A DNA stretch of 37,253 nt. Origin: a virus (taxonomy: Duplodnaviria > Caudoviricetes). A program made the translations under genes and the position numbers. The notes below the pieces were generated by a model. It did not search any database and had not been told where the DNA came from. It saw nothing but the letters and a program-made list of their open reading frames with translations. The DNA lies in IMG/VR virus record IMGVR_UViG_3300030207_000942, positions 1 through 37,253 of that record. The stretch is one strand, 5' to 3'. Position 1 is the stretch's first letter. Every line of letters begins with the position of its first letter. Below are positions 8,180 through 18,000 of this stretch, one piece after another.

Positions 8180-9043
8180 ATGTCAGTACAAATAACTACA
8201 GCTTTTGTAGAACAATATAAAAGCAACGTATTTCATTTGGCACAACAAAAAGGTTCTAGACTTAGAGATGCTGTACGTACAGAAACAGTAGTTGGTAAAG
8301 CTCATTTCTTTGAAAGAATTGGCTCAACAGCAGCATTAAAAAGAACATCTAGACATTCTGATACTCCTAGAGTTGACACACCTCATTCAAGAAGGAAAGT
8401 CACTATGGATGATTACGATTGGGCAGACTTAATTGACAACGAAGACAAAGTAAGAATGCTTATTTCACCATCGTCAGAATATGCACAAGCGGGTGCATGG
8501 GCAATGGGTAGAGCAATGGATGATGCAATTATTGATGCAGCTTCTGGTAACGCCTTTGGTGGCGTAGCTGGTGGCACAACAGTAGCATTACCATCTGCAC
8601 AAAAAATCGTTCACGGCTCTGCAGGATTATCAGTAACAAAACTTATTGAAGCCAAAGAAATTTTGGACGCAAACAGCGTAGACCCAGAAGAACCTAGGTA
8701 TTGCGTTGTAACATCAAAACAACTATCAGATTTGTTAGCAATAACACAAATTACATCTGCAGACTTTAACTCAGTTAAAGCACTTGTTCAGGGTGAAATT
8801 GATACATTTATGGGATTCAAATTTATCAGAACAGAAAGACTAGACACTAACTCATCTAGCAACAGATTAGTTTTAGCATTTGCACAATCTGGAATTGGCC
8901 TTGCTGTTGGCCAGGATATCAACACTAGAATATCCGAAAGAGCAGACAAAAATTACGCAACCCAGGTATTCTTATCAATGACTATCGGTGCAACACGTAT
9001 CGAAGACGAAAAAGTTGTTGAAATAGAATGTACTGAGAGTTAA
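8180..9043 (+). CDS. Major capsid protein
   Basis: MSVQITTAFVEQY...LAQQKGSRLR, AMGRAMDD.II, TSADFNSVKALVQGEIDTFMGFKF, GATRIEDEKVV; GGAGG RBS. Confidence 0.95.
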   Translation: MSVQITTAFVEQYKSNVFHLAQQKGSRLRDAVRTETVVGKAHFFERIGSTAALKRTSRHSDTPRVDTPHSRRKVTMDDYDWADLIDNEDKVRMLISPSSEYAQAGAWAMGRAMDDAIIDAASGNAFGGVAGGTTVALPSAQKIVHGSAGLSVTKLIEAKEILDANSVDPEEPRYCVVTSKQLSDLLAITQITSADFNSVKALVQGEIDTFMGFKFIRTERLDTNSSSNRLVLAFAQSGIGLAVGQDINTRISERADKNYATQVFLSMTIGATRIEDEKVVEIECTES

Positions 9044-9058
9044 TAGGAGGAATCAATT

Positions 9059-9568
9059 ATGGCAACAGCTAAATCAGTAGAGATTACAGCATTAGACGCA
9101 TCGCCTAGAGAAGTCCTAGAAACTGGAAGTTTAGAGGGTAGAATGCGTGTAGCAAGTGGTACAATTGCCGCTGGAACAGGCGACATTGATAATGACGATG
9201 TATTAATGATGGTACAAATTCCATCTAACGCAAAAGTATTATCAATCAAACTATTCAATGACGATTTAGATTCTAATGGCTCACCATCATTGGCAGCCAA
9301 CGTAGGTCTATATTATGAGAATGGTACTGTTATTGATGAAGATTGTTATGCATCAGCCATAACAACTTTACAAGCAGCAGAAACAACTGGAGCTGAAGTT
9401 GCTTTCGAGGCAAGAAATGTTAATGCAGTTTCTAACTTTGCATGGGAAGATGGTGGTTTATCCACAGACCCAGGTGGAGCTTTAAGAATTGCTTTAACTA
9501 TGTCTAACGCAGCAGCAACAGCAGCAGCTGGCGATGTAACACTAATAGTTACATATGTTGTAGATTAA
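9059..9568 (+). CDS. Putative capsid cement/decoration protein
   Basis: Beta-rich, IPSNAKVLSI motif; follows capsid gene and precedes terminator; AGGAGG RBS. Confidence 0.65.
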   Translation: MATAKSVEITALDASPREVLETGSLEGRMRVASGTIAAGTGDIDNDDVLMMVQIPSNAKVLSIKLFNDDLDSNGSPSLAANVGLYYENGTVIDEDCYASAITTLQAAETTGAEVAFEARNVNAVSNFAWEDGGLSTDPGGALRIALTMSNAAATAAAGDVTLIVTYVVD

Positions 9569-9572
9569 CAAC

Positions 9573-9602
9573 AAAAAAAGGGGGGTAGTTTCGGCTACCC
9601 TC
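9573..9602. terminator. Intrinsic terminator/attenuator hairpin
   Basis: GGGGGTAGT-TTCG-GCTACCCTC with an upstream A tract; no U tract on the + strand. Confidence 0.7.
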
Positions 9603-9612
9603 TGAGGATATT

Positions 9613-10188
9613 ATGGCAACAGAAGTTTCAATATGTGCTAATGCACTTAGAAAATTAGGGGATGACCCTATTACATCACTTACAGACGATACAGAAAGAG
9701 CAAGAATATGCAATGCTTTGTATGAACCAGCCAGAGATGCATGTCTTAGGTCGCATCCTTGGAATTTTGCAATTACAAGAGCAACGCTTGCTCAGTTATC
9801 GACAACACCAACATATGAATATGCATATCAGTATGCCTTACCAACTGACCCATATTGTTTGAGAGTCTTGTCTATGGAGTATGAGGATTATATATTCACA
9901 GTAGAAAATTCTACAGAAGGCAGAGTTTTACTTACAGACGAATCAACAGCAAAAATAAAATACATTGCACGAATTACAGATACTGCATTGTTTGATACTT
10001 TGTTTGTCGATACATTAACAGCAAAATTATCAGCAGAATTAGCCTACCCTATAACAGGTAGTGCGAGTTTACAAGCACAAATGGAGAAGATATATCAGCA
10101 AAAATTATCTGAAGCAAGAAGCATAGATGGGCAAGAAGGATTTCCTACAGACCTTGTATCAGAAACATTTACTGATTTTAGGAAATAA
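9613..10188 (+). CDS. Tail tubular protein A (adaptor, T7 gp11-like)
   Basis: ICANALRKLGDDPITSL, RDACLRSHPWNFA, YQYALP.D..CLRV. Confidence 0.9.
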   Translation: MATEVSICANALRKLGDDPITSLTDDTERARICNALYEPARDACLRSHPWNFAITRATLAQLSTTPTYEYAYQYALPTDPYCLRVLSMEYEDYIFTVENSTEGRVLLTDESTAKIKYIARITDTALFDTLFVDTLTAKLSAELAYPITGSASLQAQMEKIYQQKLSEARSIDGQEGFPTDLVSETFTDFRK

Positions 10189-12665
10189 TGGCAAGAGTAC
10201 ATCCATTTCAATCTAATTTTACAGCAGGAGAAATTTCACCTAAATTAAAAGGGCAAGTAAATTTCAAAAAATATCCAAATGCCTGTGATACATTAGAAAA
10301 CATGACCGTGTTTCCGCAAGGCGGAGCAACAAGAAGATATGGCACATCGCATGTGTGTTCAGTAAAAGACTCATCTGCTACTACAAGACTCATACCATTT
10401 GAATTTAATGTGACACAGGCATATATATTAGAATTTGGAAATAATTATATAAGATTTTATAAAGATGACGGACAAATAACAGAAGCAAATAAAACTATAA
10501 CAGGTATTACACAAGCCAATCCTGCAGTTGTAACTGCAAGTTCTCATGGTTACAGCAATGGCGACCATGTATGGATAAATGATGTTGTAGGCATGACAGA
10601 ATTAAATGGTAGAAGATTTACTGTAGCAAACAAAACAACGCATACTTTTGAGTTGTCTGGAATAAACAGCACATCTTTAACAGCGTATAGTTCAGGCGGA
10701 ACAGCTGCAAAAGTTTTTGAAGTAACTACTACATATACGGCAGCACAAGTAAATGATATAAAATTTACACAATCAGCAGATGTAATGTATTTAGTGCATC
10801 CTGAACATGAACCAGCAAAATTAACAAGAACAGGCCATACATCTTGGACGCTAACAGATGTTGTATTTACTAGAGGGCCTTATTTGCCTACAAATACAAC
10901 AACAACTACATTAAATCCAGGCTCTTCAGGCGCAGGCACAGGAGTTGCTTTAGTAGCATCTGCTGATTTATTTGCATCAACAGACGTAGGTAGGCTGGTA
11001 AAACTACATAGTGGCCATGCAAAAATTACAGCTTTTACAGATGCACAAAATGTAACAATAGAAATATTAGAAGCATTATCAGCGGCAACAGCGACAACAG
11101 ATTGGCAACTAGGATATTTTTCAGCAACAGATGGTTTTCCCGAAACAGTATCATTTTTTGAGCAAAGACTTATATATGGCGGCACTACGAATTATCCACA
11201 AACAATATTTGCATCAGAATCAGGAGATTACGACAGTATGGACGAAGGTTCTGCAGGTGCATCTAATGCCTTTATATATACAATAGCAGCAAACAGAGTA
11301 AATAAAATTAGATTTTTAATGCCAGCAAGAGACTTGGTTATAGGAACAGCGGGTGGTGAATTTAAGGTTGGAAGACCAACAGGTGAACCTTTAAAACCAG
11401 CTAACGTTCAAATAACACAACAAACCACATTTGGTGCAGCTAAAACACAACCAGTACAAATAGGAAATGCTGTGTTGTTTGTGCAAAGGCAAAAAAGAAA
11501 AGTTAGAGAGTTTGGATATAATTTCCAAGACGATGCATATGTTGCGCCAGACATGACATTGTTGTCAGAGCATATTACACAGGGTGGCATAGAAGAAGTA
11601 GCTTATGCGCAAGAACCAGATTCTATTTATTGGGCTGTGCGTAACGATGGCGTTTTGTTAGGGCTTACTTATCAAAGAGAAGAAGACGTAGTAGCATGGC
11701 ACAGACATATAATGGGCGGAAAAGCACAATCTTGTACTGTTACAGTTACAGATTATGACAATACATTATCAGGAACAAAACTAACTTTTACAAAATCAGA
11801 TGGTACGACTGTAACATTTACATCTACAACAGGGACTGCAGGAACTAATGAATTCAAAACAGAAACTAATAACAACACAACAGCAAGTAATTTACAATCT
11901 GCCATAAATGGTCATGCAGATTTTACAGCTACAGTCTCGAGTGCTGTAGTTACTGTTACTGAAACTACACCAGAAAGCACAGGATTTTTAACAGTTGTTA
12001 GTCAAGATTCTGTAAGGTTAGCGACTACAGATGAGTCAGCTGCAAAAGTAAAATCGGTTGCAACAATTACAGAAACAGACGAACATCAAACATGGGTTAT
12101 AGTAGAAAGACTTATTGGCGGCAACACTGTGCAACACGTAGAATTTTTAGATGAAAATTTTAATATGGACAGTTCTTTATCAGGAACAGTAACAGGAGCT
12201 AGCACAAAAGTAACAAGCCTCGACCACCTAGAAGGCGAAACAGTGCAAATACTTATAGACGATGCTGTGTACCCAAAACAAATAGTAACTAATGGACAAG
12301 TTACAGTTAGTTTACCAAGCACGTTTGCAAGTAAAACTATTAAAGTTGGATTAGGTTTTGTTTCTACATTAAAAACATTAAATATAGAGTCAGGCGCACA
12401 AGCAGGTACTGCGCAAGGCAGAGAAAAAAGGTATAATGAAATTATTGTAAGATTACATGAAAGTGTAGGTGTAACAATAAACAACGACCAGCTGCCTTTT
12501 AGAAGTTCAGCAGACGAAATGGGTCAGCCTATACCTGCATTTACAGGAGATAAACGAGTGTCAAATTTTGGTTGGACAAAAGAAGGCCAAGTAACAATAC
12601 AACAAACACAACCGTTACCATTGACAGTTTTAGCTATAAGCGGAACACTCGTAAACAGTGATTAA
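10188..12665 (+). CDS. Tail tubular protein B (nozzle, T7 gp12-like)
   Basis: QSNFTAGEISP, QGGATRR.GT, RLIPFEF, TQSADV, FFEQRL, AWHRH, LDHLEGETV, QPLPLTVLA. Confidence 0.92.
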   Translation: MARVHPFQSNFTAGEISPKLKGQVNFKKYPNACDTLENMTVFPQGGATRRYGTSHVCSVKDSSATTRLIPFEFNVTQAYILEFGNNYIRFYKDDGQITEANKTITGITQANPAVVTASSHGYSNGDHVWINDVVGMTELNGRRFTVANKTTHTFELSGINSTSLTAYSSGGTAAKVFEVTTTYTAAQVNDIKFTQSADVMYLVHPEHEPAKLTRTGHTSWTLTDVVFTRGPYLPTNTTTTTLNPGSSGAGTGVALVASADLFASTDVGRLVKLHSGHAKITAFTDAQNVTIEILEALSAATATTDWQLGYFSATDGFPETVSFFEQRLIYGGTTNYPQTIFASESGDYDSMDEGSAGASNAFIYTIAANRVNKIRFLMPARDLVIGTAGGEFKVGRPTGEPLKPANVQITQQTTFGAAKTQPVQIGNAVLFVQRQKRKVREFGYNFQDDAYVAPDMTLLSEHITQGGIEEVAYAQEPDSIYWAVRNDGVLLGLTYQREEDVVAWHRHIMGGKAQSCTVTVTDYDNTLSGTKLTFTKSDGTTVTFTSTTGTAGTNEFKTETNNNTTASNLQSAINGHADFTATVSSAVVTVTETTPESTGFLTVVSQDSVRLATTDESAAKVKSVATITETDEHQTWVIVERLIGGNTVQHVEFLDENFNMDSSLSGTVTGASTKVTSLDHLEGETVQILIDDAVYPKQIVTNGQVTVSLPSTFASKTIKVGLGFVSTLKTLNIESGAQAGTAQGREKRYNEIIVRLHESVGVTINNDQLPFRSSADEMGQPIPAFTGDKRVSNFGWTKEGQVTIQQTQPLPLTVLAISGTLVNSD

Positions 12666-12666
12666 T

Positions 12667-13224
12667 ATGGGATTGCCAATAATAGCATTAGCAGCAGGTG
12701 CAGCGCTTACAATTTTAGGCGCAAGAAATCAAATAAATAGTATTCGTGCATCTAAAAAAGCAGCTCTATTTGGAGCAAATTATGATTACGAAGTAGGGCG
12801 TGAAAAAAGATATAGTGAAAGATTACGAGCTTTTCAAAATTGGCGAGCTGCAACAGGGAGAAGGGGTGTAAGTTACACCAGTGCTTCTAACTATACACAG
12901 CTAGCTGAATTTACTATGCAAGCAGAAAGAGAAAATAAAAGAATGTTAGATAGATATACATTACAAAGAAATAAAATTAATGCTACAGCAGCAGCACAAA
13001 TAGCAGGTGTTTATAATAAAGCAATAGTATCAGCAATAACGATAGGATATTCAGGATATAATTATTTGCAAGGAAGTAATTTAGCAGCAGAAGGCGCGTT
13101 AAATACAGGATTTTTGCAAGGAGGTGCTTTGTCTGGTATGCCAGGATATTCTGGAGCTACTTTTACTAGCTTAGGCGGAGCTACACCAGCAACAGGAAAC
13201 ACACTTTTAGGAGGCATTTATTAA
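12667..13224 (+). CDS. Putative internal virion protein (gp14-like position)
   Basis: Hydrophobic Ala/Gly-rich N-terminus; first of three genes after the nozzle; alternative GTG start at 12658. Confidence 0.65.
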   Translation: MGLPIIALAAGAALTILGARNQINSIRASKKAALFGANYDYEVGREKRYSERLRAFQNWRAATGRRGVSYTSASNYTQLAEFTMQAERENKRMLDRYTLQRNKINATAAAQIAGVYNKAIVSAITIGYSGYNYLQGSNLAAEGALNTGFLQGGALSGMPGYSGATFTSLGGATPATGNTLLGGIY

Positions 13225-15044
13225 TGTCAACAATTATTGACGAACAGTATACAACCCTTGGTAACATTGCAGCAGATACTAGAGCGCAAGGTGATACTAC
13301 TGGAGCAGGAGAAATGATACGTCGTATTGGCGTAAAAGAAGGAAACAAAGAAAATCTTTTTAAAAATGCACAAGCTATATTAGCAATAGATTTACAAAGC
13401 AAAAAAATGAATGTTGATTACAACGTATTTGCAAAAGGTTGGTTTCAAGAAAATATAATGAAACCAGGCTTTGCAGACAACCCAGATACCTGGATTCAAA
13501 AATTTCAAAATGATTCTGCAATTTTTAAAGACAATTTGTATAGCAATCAAAACTTTTTGCCAGCTGCAGTTCTCAAAGGAAAAGCCTTAATAAATTTAGC
13601 TGAAGGCGACACAATATTAAATTTACAAGAAGAAGCTTACACAGCAAATAAAAAAAATTTTAGAATAACTTCCGACACAAAACGTGAACAAGCTAAAGAT
13701 TCTATTAAGTTAGCAGACTCGCCTACAGAAATTCAGGGCATATTTGATAGTCAAATATTATCAGACGACGACAACGTAAATAAGGTGTTTTATTCTGCAA
13801 GTGAGCTTAGCCAAATAAAAGACGATTTTTATAATTATGCAAACTCAGAATATATGTTTAAATTAGCTGCAGTTTATGATGACAACGGAGAGCTTGATTA
13901 CAGAAAAACTGAAGAAAATATAAAGAATCCAAATTTTACAATAAAAACTGTAGATGGAAAAAGAGTAGATGTACAAGACGCTGCTAGATTAGAATTGATT
14001 GAAAGCCTAGGAACTTTGGCTAGTAATCAAGATAAAGCCAAAGACAGCATAATTAGTGCAGCAAATGATAAAGGCACAGCACGTTATTATGAAGGTGTAT
14101 ATGAAATGAAAACTGCTACAACTAAAGAAGATTACGATGCGGGTTTAGCTAAAGTAAACGAAGGCCTTAATCAGGTAAGTTCCGAAACAAAAGTAGAATT
14201 ACTAGCACACAAGGACAGTTTTTTAAAAAGCGGTGATGAGACATATCAAAACACAACATATTTAAATTTAAAACTTTTAGCGTCAGGTGGTTTTTTAGAT
14301 ACGTCTACTATATCACGAGCTGTGCAAGAAGGTAAATTAGACCCAGGTAAAGTAAATGAACTGGTAGATGACAACAGAATAGCAAAAGAAAAAATTGAAA
14401 GTGGCAACGCAAGGCACGAATCAAATGCAATAACCATTCTTGCTAATACATTAGGCATGAACACTGAAGGCGTTGCTACTGGTAATGTTTTACTAGATAT
14501 AGCAGCGCTTAATGCAAGTAATGACAACAAAAAAAATGCAGACTTTGCGCGAGCATATTCTTATTTGCAACAATATATAGAAATTGGAACAAAAGAATAT
14601 GGTTTAACACGAAGAGAAATTCTTACAAACCACCGTGTTATAGAGAGTATAGGTAACCAAACAAAAGATAAACCATCTAATGTAGTATTTGGCGACACTA
14701 ATGAGGAAATACAATCACTTTTAGATGACAATAAGTATTTATCATCAAAAACTGTAGGTATTGGACCAATTACACCAAGAGGTATAATTATAAATCAATT
14801 ACAAAATATTCAAGGCGGCAACGTGCCGCAAAAAAGATTAACTGGCGAAACAATTGCTGAATTTGACAATCGAGTTACTAATTTAAAAAAAGTTTTACAA
14901 GTTCTAAGATACCAAAAAAGAGCGGACGCATCGAATGCAGACGTTAAAATGTTTGCAGAAATATTAGAAATACCAGATTATTATTTTAATAATGACGGAA
15001 CACTTAATGAAGACCTAATAAAAGGAATGAATCAAGAAGATTAA
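13224..15044 (+). CDS. Putative internal virion protein (gp15-like position)
   Basis: 606 aa, helical; TAATG coupling; synteny. Confidence 0.65.
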   Translation: MSTIIDEQYTTLGNIAADTRAQGDTTGAGEMIRRIGVKEGNKENLFKNAQAILAIDLQSKKMNVDYNVFAKGWFQENIMKPGFADNPDTWIQKFQNDSAIFKDNLYSNQNFLPAAVLKGKALINLAEGDTILNLQEEAYTANKKNFRITSDTKREQAKDSIKLADSPTEIQGIFDSQILSDDDNVNKVFYSASELSQIKDDFYNYANSEYMFKLAAVYDDNGELDYRKTEENIKNPNFTIKTVDGKRVDVQDAARLELIESLGTLASNQDKAKDSIISAANDKGTARYYEGVYEMKTATTKEDYDAGLAKVNEGLNQVSSETKVELLAHKDSFLKSGDETYQNTTYLNLKLLASGGFLDTSTISRAVQEGKLDPGKVNELVDDNRIAKEKIESGNARHESNAITILANTLGMNTEGVATGNVLLDIAALNASNDNKKNADFARAYSYLQQYIEIGTKEYGLTRREILTNHRVIESIGNQTKDKPSNVVFGDTNEEIQSLLDDNKYLSSKTVGIGPITPRGIIINQLQNIQGGNVPQKRLTGETIAEFDNRVTNLKKVLQVLRYQKRADASNADVKMFAEILEIPDYYFNNDGTLNEDLIKGMNQED

Positions 15045-18000
15045 TGAAAGATTTAAAACAAATACAAGCAGATGTTGATTTTGACGTAGATGAATACGAA
15101 TTAAAACTGCGTAAAAAATACAAAAATGCAGGTTTTACTGACGCAGAGATTAATAAACATTTAAATACATTAGATTCAGAAAGTGAAATTATAGGTACTG
15201 ATGATTTAATTATTGACACAGAGGCTATACCAGAAGAACGTTTAGATGAAGGCGATTTATTATTACGACAAAAAATTAACAAAGAAGAATATTTGTTAAA
15301 AAAAGAATATAGAAATCAAGAAATAGCAAATATCTTTAATGTAGATGCGCGTATTCAAGAAAAAGCGCGTATACAAAATAATGACAAATCTTCTGGCACA
15401 AATCCACATTTATCTACAGTAATAGGAGACAAAGAAGATTTATATAATCCTTTTAGCACACTTTTAAAAGACGGGGAAACTATACAAGAATATGCAAAAA
15501 TTGCAGAAGATTTAAAAACACAACGTCAAGTACAAAAAATGGGTTTAAAATATTTAGATAATGGGCCTTTGCATAATTATGATTTATCAAAAGTAGAAAA
15601 AGTTAATCTTTTAGATACTGCTTCAACTATTTTTTCATTGGCAAGTAATAGTAAAAACATACACAGTACAGATGGTAAACGTAAAGGTTTTTTACAACTA
15701 ACAGACAACCAATGGGAAGATTGGAAACAATTATATGCAGCTACAGAAAGAAAAAATGGCACGTTTATTTATGAAGAGTGGTTAGATGAATCAGACCCTA
15801 CTGCAGTATTGGCACAAAACAAACACGCAATAATTCTTATAAATTATATTATGCATAGTCCAAATATAAGCGAAGAATTAAGAGCTGGTTTGTTAAATGG
15901 AGATATAGAATCAGCACAAAAGTTTGTAGATTTACACATTTACATGGGGGAAGAAAACAAATCACAAGTTAGAAAAGAAGGATTATTGACTGATAACTAT
16001 GAGATTACAAGTGGTGATTTAGGTTTTATAAATCCACAATCTACAATCGGAAAAATTTCTAAAGCACTACCTGGCGGTAAAGAAATTGTTAAATTTTTAG
16101 GTGGCTATGGCGTAGAAAATATCTTTAGTAACGGTTTTGATAGTTCAGTTAATGGTGCGATAGCTTTGTTTAACGAATATCAACTAAGAGATGATGTTAT
16201 AAATATTAATAATTTAAAACAAATAACTGATGAAAAATATTTGAAAGAACCAGGGTTAATGCCTGCTTTTATAAAAACAATGAGAGATTTGTTTTTTGTA
16301 AAAGATTTAGATACACCTAGCGAAAAGAAAAGAAAATTAGCAGAGACTTTAAATTATGACAACATGTCTACTTATATGGGATTTGCAAAGGATGTTATAA
16401 CTTTTGCAAATGATTTACCTTATTTTGCAGCAGGTGAAAAAATAAGACCTTTGAGGGCTGCTAACCAAGTTTTTAAATCTACAGTAGGAAGCGGGTTTGC
16501 TTTTTATATCCCAACAGTTATGAGGTCTAGCTTGTACAATGCAATATTAGATAATAAGGTAGACAATTTTGGTAATTTTTTAGAACACTTATTGTCTTAC
16601 GATGTTCAAAAAAGTGGTTTAAAAGCTTTTTCTGTAGGAGGGTTGTTAGGCTTAGGTAGGGCAAAATTTATTAATCGACCTATGGATATTAGATTTGTTA
16701 GAAATTCAGACAAAACAAATGCATTTCCTTCAACAAGATTAAAACAAGGTCGTTTGTTAGATACAAGAAAATATAATTACAATCCTATGACTAATAAATT
16801 ACAAGGGCATTTAGCCAATTTAGCGTGGGACACAGTTGGTTTAGGAACATTAAGCCCAATAATACAAGAAGGCAGGTTGCCAGTTGGAAGTGACTATGCG
16901 CATGCAGCTGCTATTGGTGGTGTTTTAAGAGGAAAAGATTTATTTTTTGGTGGAAAAATGAAACCAGAGCATCACGCAGTCGACCAAAAAATCAAAAAAA
17001 ATGCTTTTAATTTAGACCCAAACAAAATTATTGAGGCAGATGTACTAGCTACACAACAAGTTAGAAATGGAATAATACCAGTGATGTATGACAGATTTGA
17101 TTCAGCAATTAGAAATGCATTTAAAAAAAGAAATGTAGATGTAATTAACGAACCTGTTTATAGACCAAACGACAAAATAACCACACGCATAGGACAAGAA
17201 GAATATAGACATTTAAATACTATTGATGAAAATGGCGTAAAAATAAACTTGGTAGAAGACCCATATAATTATTTAAAAGTAGAATTAGCTAAAGATATGA
17301 ATAAAGGTAAAGGGTCAACAACTGAAATTGTTGAAGACCAGTTTGGAAATATTAGCCCAGTGTATACTACAAAATCAGAAAATAATTACGAAATGCCTAC
17401 GCAAAACAGATACGTCCAGGAAAAAGAAAAAATTGACGATATAGAATATAAACCAAACACAGAAGAATCTTTACAAATGGTAAAAGTTGGAGACAAATAT
17501 AACCCAGTAATAAGAAAACCATCTCTTACAGAAAAAGGAATAGCTGTTAGAAAACGTAATATATTTAGAGAAATTAAAAATGAAAACGATAGAATAAAAA
17601 TAAGGCCACTTAAAACAGTCATTTATCCAGCTTTAACTAATATTATTTTAGAATATAACAGAGGTAATATTTTAGAAGATATTGGATGGTTAAATGATTA
17701 CATTCCGAAAAAAGGTGATGCAGGCTATGAAATATTTGAATCGCAAAAAAAAGAAGGTGCAATTGTAGGTGGTTTTACTGGAGAGAATAATTTAATGTAT
17801 CACGGTTATGCTGCAACTCCTGTTATAAAATTTGTGCCAGATTTTCAAACACACCTCAAACAATCTGAAGAACAAGACGGCATGGGAGATTATAAAAACA
17901 ACCCTTACATAGCTTTTGCAATAAAACATCCAAGAGAAAGAACTGATGAAGAAGATATTTATGTTTTTAACAAATCAGCGTACGACATGTTAAGGCTTTA

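Noticed and set aside
9000-9060. T7-like capsid frameshift or read-through
   Set aside because: No slippery heptamer, tandem TAA TAG stops, and the next gene has its own strong RBS.
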